Origin: Dimargaris cristalligena
Taxonomy: Eukaryota
Assembly: GCA_003614675.1 (NCBI GenBank)
Contig: ML002418.1
Span: 1 to 32,760, forward strand
Reading direction: 5' to 3'
DNA: 32,760 bases
In this document: piece by piece, positions 10,886 to 22,751 of the stretch
Layout of the letters: each line of letters begins with the position of its first letter
Numbering within the stretch: the stretch's first letter is position 1
The notes under the pieces: model-generated
The model's database searches: none
What the model saw: only the letters and a program-made list of their open reading frames with translations
What the model was told of the DNA's origin: nothing
Position numbers and translations under genes: made by a program

Positions 10886-11815
10886 GATGGTTACTGAAGC
10901 ACAGGGTTTAAGAGGGTGGAAAGGCTGAGTGGTGCACTCCGGACGATCCAATAAATGATAAGGAAAATAGGGTAATTGATGGGGGCCGAACCAAAAAGTA
11001 GATTGATGGCGAAATTAAAACAATTGAAGCTGGAGGGTACTGCTTTCGACACTGAAAGGGGTTCTTTAAATACTCTCGGTTGAAACCATCAGCCTGCCCG
11101 TGGCCCACTAACTCGAGCTCCACCTGACACCAAAGTCGAGGGGGATTGGAGCTTCATAAAGAGGATTTTGTATTGTTGTAGTTAACCGCCACTTTGGCTT
11201 CACCGCCTTTCAACCATAACCACAAAGCTCGGCGCAGTAACAAAAGGAAATTCGTGTTTATTCGGGTATGATATGGGGGAGTGTGAGGTATAGCTGCTAC
11301 CAATAAACAACAGGTGGTAAGCCGATAATCGCGGACCTGGCGAGAAACCATTAAGGACATATGTACAAAAGGAGGGGGAATAAGTAGATGAATGAAAGAC
11401 TATGTGTGGGGGTGTGGATATACTCTAATCAGAGGGACATTCAAAAACTTAGTTTAAAAAGAAAAGTGGGTGAGTGAATAATCAAGCTTCACCGCCACTA
11501 AGGAATTTTAAAGGAAAAAAGGGGGGAATTCGAGAACTTACCAAACGACCTATAGACCAAAATAATACATAGGCTGGCCAGATAAGGCGGGAAAGGGAAA
11601 TAAAAAGGAATGTTGTATACAAGTATGTCAATAGAAGCCGAAAGAACCGAACCACCTGAACTGCGCGGTGGACAGCACATATATGTGCGTGCGGATGAGT
11701 AGGAATGTGTGGTGTGCGAATGTGTTTGTTAAGCAAACGAAGAGTATAAACTAACCAAAAAGGGGGGATATCGATAAAGAGACGAGGGAGATTATAAAAG
11801 GTGCGGGGGGCCCCT

Positions 11816-13882
11816 CTAAACCAAACCATGCTGGTCCTGGAGGTACTTCAGCCAATGCACCACAACCTGGCGAATAGGCAGGTTGAACCAGACTTTCGGG
11901 TCCAGCCGCCAGCCACTCACGTCCTGGCCCGCTTCGGAGTCCAGACCAATGAAGGCCGAGCGGGACACTTTGATTTCGAACCATTCCTTGTGGATTCGCC
12001 TGCAGGTGGCGCAGGCGGTTTGCTCCACGCGGCAGTTCTGCAGCTGCAGGTGAATCAGCCGTTCGGCCTTGTTGGCGTATGCGCAGCGGGGCAAGTTGGC
12101 GAGGGTCGGCGAAGTAGAGGTGGATTTGCGTGGACTATCCGTCGACGTACTCCGCGAACCACTATCATCGCCATCACTATCATAGCCATCCCCGGTAAAG
12201 TCGTCGGACTCGATGCTGCCCCGCCACCTCGGGCTACCACCCGACCTGCCTACTCCCCGGGAAGGGCTCGGCAAAATGGCCTGCTGAGACGCGAGCTGGG
12301 AATTAGCCACGGTCGACATCAGGGAGTCCCGCAGGGCCGTGGGCAGAGTATGCAAGAAGGGAATGGAGAAGGACATTTTGGTGTTGGGTACGACCACCAG
12401 TTTGTTTTGCAGTTTACGGGACCAGGACGCCAGGAGATTCTTAAAAGAGGATGACGAGGGGGAGGAACCGCTGGTCGGGGAAGAGTGGGAACCGCCATCA
12501 GGGGGATTCATGCTGTTCTGGTCAACCGGGGCGGGGAAAAACTCCAACATGTATAGTTCGTACCCGCACTGACCCTTCCACTGCTTCATGCGACGTTCCA
12601 CGTCGACGGACCGACCAATTTTCAATTTAAGGGTGACATCGGGACTTAAGACACCAAATTTGCCCTGGGGTTTCTCGTGCGTCACAAGCTGGTACACGTA
12701 GATGAAGCCCGGTCGATCCCCCTGGGTGGGGGGGCGCTCCAGCTCAGCGTGAAGTGCGCGTTTAGTCGCGACGGACAGATTCGGGTCCACGAGGCCGTGA
12801 AATTTGCCCTCGCTTATATCAATGTGGATTTGGTCCGACAGTCGGGAGGCGTCCTGGTGCAGCCTGCAAAAGAGTTGGGCTGGCCCCCAATCCGACCAGT
12901 CGTTCGTTCGGGGGTCCTGGTCCACGGTCACGCGGTTACTACAGTGTTTGCCGGCCCCGTTTTTGGTCAGGGCTTGGCATTGAACAGAGAACTTGCCCGC
13001 CTTCGGAGCCGCCCGCACTTCGCCGTACAGGGGGCGCTCGGTCTTCAGGAGGTCACCGAAGCGGGGCAACTGGAACCGTTTGGCCTGGAAGAATAGGGGG
13101 CGGGTATCGTCCGTGGATGACGCCATGTGGGCCGTGTTCGGCACGAGGTCCAAATTGGTCAGGGCATCCGAGAAATCGGGGCGGGGGGCTGGAGTCGACA
13201 GCTTTGAAGAAGGGGAAGGAGAGGGGGGCGCCTGACCATTGGTCCGGTGGGCCTGCACCAGGTCCCAACCGGTATGGAGGTATTGACCGATTTTCTTTAA
13301 TCGGTCCTTCGAGCCGGCGGACGGTGAGCCCCGCTGCCGGTTGAGTTTTTCGTCGTCGCCCTCCTCGGGGTCGGTTCGGGGTAAACTGTCCCGGAGGGCA
13401 TTCATGTTGAAGCGGCTCATTCTGCGAGAGCGAATGGAGAGGGGGCGGTGGGAAGGGAGTGGAATATAGGCGCTGCGGCTGTGGGGTGGGGAGGGGGACG
13501 ATTCAAGGGAACTGTGGCTGGGAGAGGAACGGGGCGGAGTTATCGGGAGATTCAAGGAGCGAGGTTTGGCGAGGGAGTGGGTAGGTATTATATAGGCTGA
13601 GGAAATGGGAGTGGAAGTAGGAGAAGGAACGGGGACGGGCCGCGGAACAGTGTCCGTGGCAGTGATAGTGGGAATCGCTGGGAAGGAAGAGGGTTCAGCA
13701 GAGGTCTGAAAGTGTTTACGCAAGGGTCGCACGGGGGATCCTGTGGGGGGCCGGTGCTTGGAACAAAGATATCGCAGGGGAGCCTTCGCAGTTAGTGGGG
13801 TGTCTGCAGGAACTTTTAATACCGCGTGACACCGACCCCTCCCAGGCTGGGCCTGGCACCGAATCAGCCGTACCTCGGGCAT
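11816..13882 (-). CDS. T5orf172/Mug113-domain (GIY-YIG superfamily) protein with two N-terminal Cys/His finger motifs, 688 aa
   Basis: Motifs PGFIYVY, KLKIGRSVDVERRMKQWKGQC, KAERLIHLQL and CATCRRIHKEWF are typical of fungal Mug113/T5orf172 proteins. Fingers: CQAQ..RC..CSKH and CQALTKNG..C.N..CRLH. Intronless. Confidence 0.88.
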   Translation of the reverse strand: MPEVRLIRCQAQPGRGRCHAVLKVPADTPLTAKAPLRYLCSKHRPPTGSPVRPLRKHFQTSAEPSSFPAIPTITATDTVPRPVPVPSPTSTPISSAYIIPTHSLAKPRSLNLPITPPRSSPSHSSLESSPSPPHSRSAYIPLPSHRPLSIRSRRMSRFNMNALRDSLPRTDPEEGDDEKLNRQRGSPSAGSKDRLKKIGQYLHTGWDLVQAHRTNGQAPPSPSPSSKLSTPAPRPDFSDALTNLDLVPNTAHMASSTDDTRPLFFQAKRFQLPRFGDLLKTERPLYGEVRAAPKAGKFSVQCQALTKNGAGKHCSNRVTVDQDPRTNDWSDWGPAQLFCRLHQDASRLSDQIHIDISEGKFHGLVDPNLSVATKRALHAELERPPTQGDRPGFIYVYQLVTHEKPQGKFGVLSPDVTLKLKIGRSVDVERRMKQWKGQCGYELYMLEFFPAPVDQNSMNPPDGGSHSSPTSGSSPSSSSFKNLLASWSRKLQNKLVVVPNTKMSFSIPFLHTLPTALRDSLMSTVANSQLASQQAILPSPSRGVGRSGGSPRWRGSIESDDFTGDGYDSDGDDSGSRSTSTDSPRKSTSTSPTLANLPRCAYANKAERLIHLQLQNCRVEQTACATCRRIHKEWFEIKVSRSAFIGLDSEAGQDVSGWRLDPKVWFNLPIRQVVVHWLKYLQDQHGLV

Positions 13883-16624
13883 TTAAAAGGCTATATCTAT
13901 ATATAAAAATAGACGGTATGGAATAGAAGCTATTTCTAGTGGCAGGCGGGGACACTGCATTTCCCCAGCCACTCCAAGGGTCGCCTGTGGCGTGTAGCGT
14001 GAGCGGGCTTTTAAAAGGGAGGAGGAGAAAGGGTGTGGGGATAACTATGGCAGCAATGCAAAGAGCAGCTGGGGTGGGTCAAGTCCGCTTCGTTAAATTC
14101 GCCTTGGACAAAGGGTCGAGGAGGCGTAGGTAGGTGTGAAAGGAAGGGAATGGCACTAGCAATGACCCTGGTAATGGTGAGGTGGGAAAAGAGGAACGTA
14201 AATAATAATAGAGCAGTTCTAAACAAAGGGCAGTGACGAAGCTCAGGCCCAGGCCATTGCTCCCCTATGTCTATGACGCTCCCAAGTCAATGAGAATATA
14301 GGGGACGAGGCAGGCGGATAGTAGAATAGGTTCTTCTAGGCCAGCTGAAGTCCTCTTGATAGCCGTGTTGGGAGCAGGCCAACGCGGCACGACTGATGGG
14401 GTGTGGATGTGTGGGATAGGAGGATGAAACGGGGATTATCAGCAAGAACCAGTTAGTCACTAACTAACGACTGGATTAGGTGGAGTTGGTAATGACTCCC
14501 CGAGGCCAGCCTCAGCGGTCGACAGATATGATCAATTGAAAAAGGAAGTGGAAGTAGAAAAGGAGATGAAATTAATATCAACATTTAAATTGATATTAAA
14601 ACGGTGTTTCAGTTAAAGGGGAGTCGCATGCGTTGTCAGGAGGGGGTGAGGATGAGGGGGCATTTTATACTCAAAACATAGGGGACAGTTGGGGGAAGTG
14701 GGGTGCTCTTGAACCTGCTCACTGCATATTGAATGGGAACCACACTGATTGAACTATAACAGCCAAACTGGTACATAGTGAAGTACTAAATAAAATGTAT
14801 ATAAAACAATCCCAACTGGTCAAATACAATTAATAGGCTTGGAATTGGGGGAATAAGAGTGGGAGTGGATGTAGTATGGTCACTTAGTGGAATCGGAGGC
14901 GGCGGCAACGGCAGCGGGAGGGGTTGTTTTGCCCCGCCCCACCTTGGTTACCAGGGCTGGCTCTATTCCGCCACCACACGGAAGGCCGATAATAATGGAC
15001 GAGGGGGGTCCCCAGACTACGCTGCGCGGTATGCAGCCGGAAGTGGGCCAAGCGGTCCATTACCCATTACCTGCACCTAAGCTCCCATTCGGTCGACCCG
15101 CGGACTGTTGACGACTCGGGGTGCCTGTGCGGCTTACGGAATGGTGGTCGGTATGCGGGAGAGGAAGAGACCAGTCCCCGATGCATCACCATCTCCCCGC
15201 ATTACTTTGTCGGCCATACAGTCAGCCAAGACCATTGTTAATAAGTGGGTAGCGTAATCAGGAGACGACTATGAAGATGGATAGGGTGTGGGGCGATGAA
15301 TTGGACTGGGCACCCGAAGTAATAGCGAAGGAAGGGACGGCCGGGAAAGTAGGGGAGGGGTGTGATTCATTAACAGACAAGATCGAGACTGGGTGGTATA
15401 AATGGAGGAAAGTATATGATATAAGGTGTATTCAATGGCCCATATACCATAATCACGACGGCTGCTGTGAATGGAAAGAACGAAAAGGAGAGGCAAATCA
15501 ATTGCCCGATGCATTGCCCCCTGCTCCTTAGCATGGAGACTATCACATTCATTAGACGACCGAATGGGCCCTACGAAGCACCTAAGCGGCAGCCCCGGAT
15601 TGGACTAAAGGCCCGACTGCCTGGGATGATTCGGAAACGTCAAGGAGGTCGCTAGTATCGAGTATGAACGAGCATAGGAGTATAATAATGGATATAGTAA
15701 GCGATTTTATTAGCAATGTTAAGTTAGGGAGAATGGATAAATGGTGAGTGCTACAAGTAGTATTAAGCGAATAGGCACATAGTCGTCTAAGGGATCACGT
15801 CCGGGTTAATCTTATGTCCTTTTTATACTGGAGTATCTCAAGAATCCCAGCTCAGCGGAGATGGAGACCACCCTACTTGGTTACTAGGCTGTTGGCCCAT
15901 TGGTTTACTTCACCATGTCGGGGACCCTAGAATTAATGTACTAGTAGGTTCGAACCAGGCTTCCTGGTGATATACATGGTATTATCACGGCCAGGTTGGC
16001 CTTGTCAGTACCCCTGGAGTGTCTTCAGGATGTGTCGGAGACCGGAGTATAATAAATGCCTGTGGTGGCCTGGTCGGCAGCCCGGTTACATGGGCTGTCT
16101 GACCGGTACTGGGCTTCCCCGGTGGTACAGCATCAACAAGGTCAGAGCAGGCCCGGCTGACGAAGTCCCATTAGACTATGCTGTAACGACCGGCGGGTAA
16201 GTAGGTAATTTCCATGCGTTTTTAATATTCGGTAATCGTGACGACCACTCCGACATCTATCTGCATCAGGACAAGCAAAGGGGACGGGGGGAGCGCCTCA
16301 GTAGAGGTGTACAAGGAGTTTATTGGGTATAGAATGACTCGAGCACTATGTAGGCTGACTTTGAGCAGACATTTAAAATTAACCAGAACCCCTAAGATTA
16401 AAGGAGTGCGCGTTTGGTTACTTCGGTAGAAGCAGGTGGGTAAATAACACCCCCTTCCAATTCAGTTGGGATAAATGGCAGTTAACCGAATCATCCCAAA
16501 ATCACATACAGTTTGAGTGGAATAGGATAGGCAAGGGGAGGGGTAAGTAATGGCTCCCCCCACTTATAGAAATAGAAACGCTGCGCCGTAAAAATAGGCC
16601 CAGGTGTGCCCATTGTCCCTCTCC

Positions 16625-19030
16625 CTAGGCCTCGACATCAACCTTCGTCAGGTCTTTATAAACCAGTCCAGCCACATTCTTGGCGGACAAAATGGAGGTT
16701 TCCATGGTCTGTATCATGCGGGCATTAGTATATCCAAATAAGTATTCCAGACACCGCAGCAACGTTAGTCCACACTCTTCTCCTCTCACCAAGCCAATGT
16801 TCTCCCACCATCCCCACCGCTGAATTGGCACCATACAATCAGTTTTGTGAAATTCCTCCATTCGGCTATAAAACAAAGATTTAAAAGGCTGACCTCCCCT
16901 CCCCCTCCTTCCATATACTCACACTCACGCCATCAACAAATAAATAAAGCAAAATTACACTTACCGAAATAAAGGGTTCGAACGCATTGGGGTAATACAA
17001 TTGGGTATCCAGTAGAATCGGCGGAAATTCGTCCACCTTCCGGGGCTGCAACACCGGGTACGATTTGAACACCCGCCGGTCCACCCACAGCCGGGAGGCG
17101 TAGAACTCGGCCAATTGCACGTCGCTCAATTCCGCCGGCGAGAAAATCTTGGTAATCGTGAACTCGAGACCATAGTCGAGGTCCTCGGGATTCAGTTCGG
17201 GGTGTTGGTGCTGGTGGAGGCGGAGGTACTCGCGGATCTGCGGTTCGGCCAGGAAATGGTGGGCCGAAATAGACGTAAAAGGGGTATTCGGGCCGTCGGC
17301 CGCCGCCTGGGTGCTGAAAATAGTTTCGGGCACCGTAGTCACGGTGGATGATGATGATGATAATAATAAAACATTACCTCCCGGTTTACCCGGGGCCCGG
17401 TTGAAATAGGCCGGCCGAATTTGGCCTAGTACTACCGTGACGTGGAGGGTGCGGTACTCCACGTCCACGGCCGGGGGGAGATCCCGGACACCCTGACCCT
17501 CCAGATTATGGAACTGGATGGGGGCCTCCCGGTACTGGTTCAGCGGGGTGGCCACCACCACAGCGTCGAAGCGTTCAGTTCGGCCATCGATTGTCACCAC
17601 ATCGTACACCACACTACCCGTTTCCTCCGTGGTCATTTTAACCACAGCCCCGACACTACTCTCCATCCGGATCTCGGCCCCACTCTCCCGCTGGAGGTAC
17701 TCAAAGACCCGGTAGTTACCCTCACCAACGTGGTATTCCTGGTCAGTCGTGGGGACCATGCTCACCGCCATGCCGATGGTGTGGATGACGTCGAGGGACT
17801 GGGCGTAGTTGACCCGAGTGGAAATCTCCACAATGTCGTTGAGGTAGGCCGGGTCCAAATGGGATTTGGCAGCGAGGGTGGTACGGGCCGACTGGCTGGC
17901 GGAGTCCTGGAGACCTAAATGACTAAGCCAGTCCTGCATGGTGGTGAAAGGACCGGCTTCGTCGTAGATGGGGCGGAATTTATTCAAAAATTCATTGACG
18001 AGCATCGAGACCTAGAGTGGGATTCGAACATGGCAATTAACCGAGAAGGGGGGAGGGATACATTCGCTGATTAGGCATGGTTATGCAAAATCCTATTAAA
18101 CAGCAGAAATAACCCCCCTGAAAGGAAGCCCAAGAACCAATGTACTTTGTCCCCCACTCCCTTATTCCTAGGATCCGGGTCTATGGCTGGGAGTGGGTAA
18201 GGGCCCCTCTATCCTGCCGTTAATTAACAACCAATTAATTTCGCATAACGGCCCATTAGAGACGGCCGAAACACACACACACACAGACACTCATACATAC
18301 CTTGGTAGGCGTAATGACCCCGTAGTTCCAAATAAACTTGGCCATATCCCAAACTCTCCACCCCGACGACAGGTAATTAAACCCCTCGCCGTTCCAAACT
18401 CCCATACGGGATCGGCCAGTCTCGCGACGCTTCCGCTGGGCTTCGACCAGTTCGAGTCCGGCGGCCCGGGTGAATTCCACCATATGGCGGTTTTCCTTGA
18501 CGAAAATGGAGGCCCCCACCTCGACCAGCAAATCCTGAAAAGGGGCCGGTGGGTGGACCACCTGCGACCGCCCACCCGTTTGGTTGCTCTTTTCGTATAG
18601 CGTTAGTTGGACCTCGAAGGTGGGATTATCCTGGAAGGCCTGGTGAATAAAGTAGGCAGCCGAGGTTCCCGAAGCGCCGCCGCCTGGGTGGTTTTATGGT
18701 GGGCCCACGAAGGGAAGAGCGCACACCCCCATATGCCAACCAAGTATGGTGAAGAAAGGGGAAAGGGGGCTTAGTTAATGGGTCCCGCGGGTTGCAACAG
18801 ACTCTCTCACACCAAGACTAAGAATATGAAGGGTACCCCCCCTTGCCCAAGGACATGCCCACCGCCCGTCCCAGGGGGAAGGGGGGGAAGGACCTTCGAG
18901 CCGCCGGTCGTTGAGGTAAATAAGCCGTAGGAAACCTACCTATAATGGCAACCCGCCTTTCGGTTTTGGGCTCGGTGGGTTTGGCCAAGGCCACGGAGAG
19001 GGTGACTAGTATCCAGAGGGAAATGCGCAT
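16625..19030 (-). CDS. PCYOX1: Prenylcysteine oxidase/lyase (FAD-dependent), 4 exons, ~534 aa
   Basis: Exons 19030-18940, 18683-18301, 18011-16965 and 16708-16625; all introns GT-AG and the frame is preserved. Signal peptide, Rossmann motif VAIIGGGASG, E-K...GGR, VEVGASIFV, STRVNYAQ, GEGNYRVF, and C-terminal YYPNAFEPFISTMETSILSAKNVA. Confidence 0.92.
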
Positions 19031-20264
19031 GGTGACTAGTCTGAATGCGGAGGAGTCGAGCTAAGTAGTTAGTAAAGAATGAGTAGTAAAACCATATAAG
19101 TAAAAGGGATTGCCAAGTAACTGTGGGAGAAGAGGGAGGGGCGGCTTGCTGGGCAGTGGTTCTTAAGCGAGTCAGAAGAGCATTAATAATTGATGCAATA
19201 TATGTTACTAGGGCCATCAGGGTGGCGGGAGTTATAGATTGTGACTCAGTGCAGCGGCCATTGAATATTACAACGCCTCTGCGATACACTGCCAACCCGG
19301 AACCAGAGTAGAAAGAGCCACGCGACAAGTAAATATAAAAGGGGCGGAGGAAGCTGAGACGAGGTCGCGGTGGTAATATGAAAGAGGGGGAGACAGTGCC
19401 ATTTACTCAGGGGCCAGAGAGTAGTAGCAAGCACTACCTTCTTATATATGTTGTAGCACTACATACTTTAAATCGGAAAAAGGGGCCACGTCTATATAAA
19501 GTGGCGAGTAGTGTCAGCCAAACCCGGTTTCATCTTCTCTCTCTCTCTCTAGAGCCAGCGACCCGATGCTAAAACTATTAAATACCAAATAGCCGGAAAA
19601 ATACCCCAAATGTGGGACCAGAATCCACGGTATGCCTTCTTCCACTTTCTTAGGCCTTGTGAGCCTTTATCCAGCGATCCCCTCCTGGTTATACCTTAGG
19701 CAACAACCGACCTCTTAGAAGGATACCTTTTGGCGGGGTTTATCTTGGATATCGAGTCTAATGGACAGGGCACAATAACCTCCTACCCCATCGCTCTGGG
19801 TAACAGGCGAAAGAGGATAACACGCTGGCCTGGATTTTAAAAAGGCGGAATGTTCAATTTGTGTACAATATCGCAAGGGCCTAAACTAAGATACCAACTT
19901 GTTAACAAAGTGCCTTTCGACTACCAATAGTAATCACCAAGATTCCCCCCCAGACCGTTACTTATAGTACTCATTTTTATTAATAACCAATTTTGCGTAC
20001 CCACTAGCCATCGTCTCCGCCCCCCTAATTACATTTAACGAACACCGTCGATGGTCGCACCATCTCCACTCTGACTATAGCATAGCCATATGCCATTAAA
20101 TACGATTGTTAGTAGAATACACTCGTTTTATTATCATACCATTCGCATCCTCTCCGCTACTAAACTAGTCCCGAGAGGCATAATCCCAACTAGAGGTCGG
20201 ACAGCCCCTTAAAGTAGGCCCCGAGCCCATTCAGCTGGGGTCAGGGGAGGAGGGGGAAGGGGGC

Positions 20265-22751
20265 TCAATTTAGGACCCTGTTGATGGCGTCCATGTACTC
20301 CTTATGCGACTCTAGCCAGCCCTCGGGGCTATAATTTTCCAGTACGTAACTGAGGGCCATCATATCAATTCGATTATCCATGTTCACCAGACGAATCCGA
20401 CTCTTATAGTGAGCCGAACACCAAGCCTGCAAATCGGTTTCGGTCTGGGGTGTGTCGAGCTGGGGGAAATACACCATATCGTAATGAATTCCCTCCCCGC
20501 CCTTGGCTGCACCGGTCATCCGGGGCTGATTCGACGAACCGGATGGGGAGGATTGGGCCCAAAAACTACGTAAGAGAATATTCTGCTTCGCTCTGTCCCC
20601 GGCGCGGACCTGTTTGACGTAAAATTGACATGCCCGGGATTCCCGACCGGGGTCGGGAATCACCTGTTTCAGCGTACTGTCACGGAGATCCTCGGCGTAC
20701 CATTGGTTACCCGTATTAATCCCGCTTTCGATGAGTTCCAACGGATTGCCCCGTTGGGCGGTGCCGGCAAAATCGTCGCTGGGGGCTGGAAAGGGGCTGC
20801 CGCTGCTGACATGCCTCGGATAGGGGGAAGTCGGCGGTACTAATAAGGCCGACGAAAACGATGCTGACGGTGCCGTAGCAAACCCTACGTCCTTACGTGG
20901 CGTAGAGTCGTGGGCCATTTTAGCCCGTTTGGTCGATTCGGACCGGTTCATCAGGGAGGGGACGGCTTCTCGAACCGCTGGGGTGGTTAGCTCCATGTCT
21001 TCCGGCGCATTCACCTCCAAGCCGGCCATCCACCGATTCAGTTTGCTGGTGATGCTCACCGTTTGGGTGTCGCTGAAGTCCGTTCCTTCAGGGGGGGTGG
21101 AAACAGGCAACGGGGTTAGTTTGTAGCGTTGAATGGGAATAGGAGCGGCTGTGGATTCTGGGACGGCGTCCATGTAGACGGGCAGCTGTTTCGCGGCGGC
21201 ACGGGGTTTTCGAACGCGCTTCGGAATAGGGTTCTGTAGGGTGGGGATACTGGGTTGGTATTCAGCTTCGGGATGGGTTTTGGAAGTGACCTTTGGTCGC
21301 CTTCTTTTCGGAGGAACGGATACGGCCGTATTACTCAAGTAGTCGGGGGTTGGGTTAGGCGGGTTATTTAAGGGTTGGAGTAACGATTGAGGTTGTTGCT
21401 GCTGCACTTCCGTTTGTACCGCTGGCAGTTTTCCTTGGTTGAGTCCACCGCTTCCGCTTCCGCTTCCACTACCGCTACTATAGTAACTGCGACTACTAAT
21501 ACTATTACTACTGGGAGTGGATGAACCATACTGGTAGGCGGTACCCTTATTGTGGGGCAGGTTGTTGTTGTTGGCTGTAGATGGATGAAGGTAATTCCCC
21601 CCTAATGCCGGTGGGTTGTTGATATCTACCCCTGGCACCCAAGATGCATCGATTGGATTGAATTGGTAACTCCCCTTTCCCATCGTATCTAGGCCCAGGC
21701 CATTGCCATTGCCGAGTGGTCTTGTGGAACTATATTGGTTGGTGGTCGATTCTAGAGTAGATTTGGAAGACGAAAGCTCCGGCGAGGGAATTCGGAGTAT
21801 GGAAGAGGAGACGGAATAAGAGGGGATAGTCCCCGATCCGGTATAGACGGACGAAGTGGCCGGACTAGCACTACGGTAGGTTGGGGTTACTTTGGTTAAC
21901 GGGTTGGACCTTCCCTTGCCCTTGCCAAGCACCTGCTGCTCGAAACCCGTCGTCATCGGGGACCCCTCTAGGGCCGGTGGGGTCGATACGCTAACATTGG
22001 GCACGGCGGTGGTCTGAGCTTCCCCAAGTGGCTGGGAGCTGAAGGAACTTAAAATACCGGCCAACGTATCGTCACCGAAGTCCAGATAATCCTCCAGTGG
22101 CCAGCTCTGTTCGGGGGGTGGCTGAAATTCGGGTTGAAGTTGGTATTGCCCTCCGTTCTTTGCGGAATTTAGATTCTCGGCGGGTATACTATGGGTAATC
22201 CCAGCGCCAGTATTCCCAATCCGAGCACCTTCGGATAATGCCTGGGTGGTCTGGGGATCAGCCTGGTGTTGGTTTTGACGTTGACGCTGAATTTGAAGTT
22301 GGGGCTGGGGAGTATTAGTTGGGGGCTGAGGGCAGCTGGTCCCAAGCCCCGGTGGTTGGTTCATGTAATTCATGAGGTAAGGCGGGAAGGCTGCGTTATA
22401 GCTAATATACGAATTATCCGACACATCCATGCTTTTCAACAACTTCCAGGAGTTGTCAAGATCATCATGTGCTTTTTTTGCTTTGGCGCTGTTTAATCTA
22501 TGTATTAGTTCCATCTCCAACATGGAGAGGGGGTTGGAGCTTTCTTCGAGAGTACCGGCACCAAATATAGCGTTATAGTTATGGCGGATTTGGTAGTTTA
22601 GTGTACACATTTCGAACCCGTCCAAGGATGGTGGTAGGACTGGCTCGGCCGGTTCGGAGGGGGAGGAAAAGACATAAACCCGGCTTTGGTCGTAGAAGCC
22701 ACCGAGACCAACTATAGCCAGAAAGAGGGGGGCGGTCGAAAAATGCCGCAT
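20265..22751 (-). CDS. Large hypothetical secreted low-complexity protein (~828 aa) with NLS-like basic motifs
   Basis: 2.5-kb intronless ORF. First ATG at 22751 gives a signal-peptide-like MRHFSTAPLFLAIVGLGGF. Q/S/P/N-rich middle with PPKRRRPK and PKRVRKPR; folded-looking C-terminal ~130 aa. Confidence 0.85.
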   Translation of the reverse strand: MRHFSTAPLFLAIVGLGGFYDQSRVYVFSSPSEPAEPVLPPSLDGFEMCTLNYQIRHNYNAIFGAGTLEESSNPLSMLEMELIHRLNSAKAKKAHDDLDNSWKLLKSMDVSDNSYISYNAAFPPYLMNYMNQPPGLGTSCPQPPTNTPQPQLQIQRQRQNQHQADPQTTQALSEGARIGNTGAGITHSIPAENLNSAKNGGQYQLQPEFQPPPEQSWPLEDYLDFGDDTLAGILSSFSSQPLGEAQTTAVPNVSVSTPPALEGSPMTTGFEQQVLGKGKGRSNPLTKVTPTYRSASPATSSVYTGSGTIPSYSVSSSILRIPSPELSSSKSTLESTTNQYSSTRPLGNGNGLGLDTMGKGSYQFNPIDASWVPGVDINNPPALGGNYLHPSTANNNNLPHNKGTAYQYGSSTPSSNSISSRSYYSSGSGSGSGSGGLNQGKLPAVQTEVQQQQPQSLLQPLNNPPNPTPDYLSNTAVSVPPKRRRPKVTSKTHPEAEYQPSIPTLQNPIPKRVRKPRAAAKQLPVYMDAVPESTAAPIPIQRYKLTPLPVSTPPEGTDFSDTQTVSITSKLNRWMAGLEVNAPEDMELTTPAVREAVPSLMNRSESTKRAKMAHDSTPRKDVGFATAPSASFSSALLVPPTSPYPRHVSSGSPFPAPSDDFAGTAQRGNPLELIESGINTGNQWYAEDLRDSTLKQVIPDPGRESRACQFYVKQVRAGDRAKQNILLRSFWAQSSPSGSSNQPRMTGAAKGGEGIHYDMVYFPQLDTPQTETDLQAWCSAHYKSRIRLVNMDNRIDMMALSYVLENYSPEGWLESHKEYMDAINRVLN

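Noticed and set aside
11801..13344. Several + strand ORFs (up to 217 aa)
   Set aside because: Antisense shadows of the GC-rich Mug113 coding sequence. The same applies to ORFs opposite the trypsin, PCYOX1, COX13, Myb-like and NDUFS7 genes.
14011..14226. Signal-peptide-like 71-aa ORF on the minus strand
   Set aside because: Non-ATG start; more likely the pyrimidine-rich 5' leader of the Mug113 gene.
15075..15200. AATGGGAGCTTA (-) and AGTCCCCG (+), resembling RNase MRP/P conserved regions
   Set aside because: The two motifs are on opposite strands and cannot form the P4 helix in one RNA.
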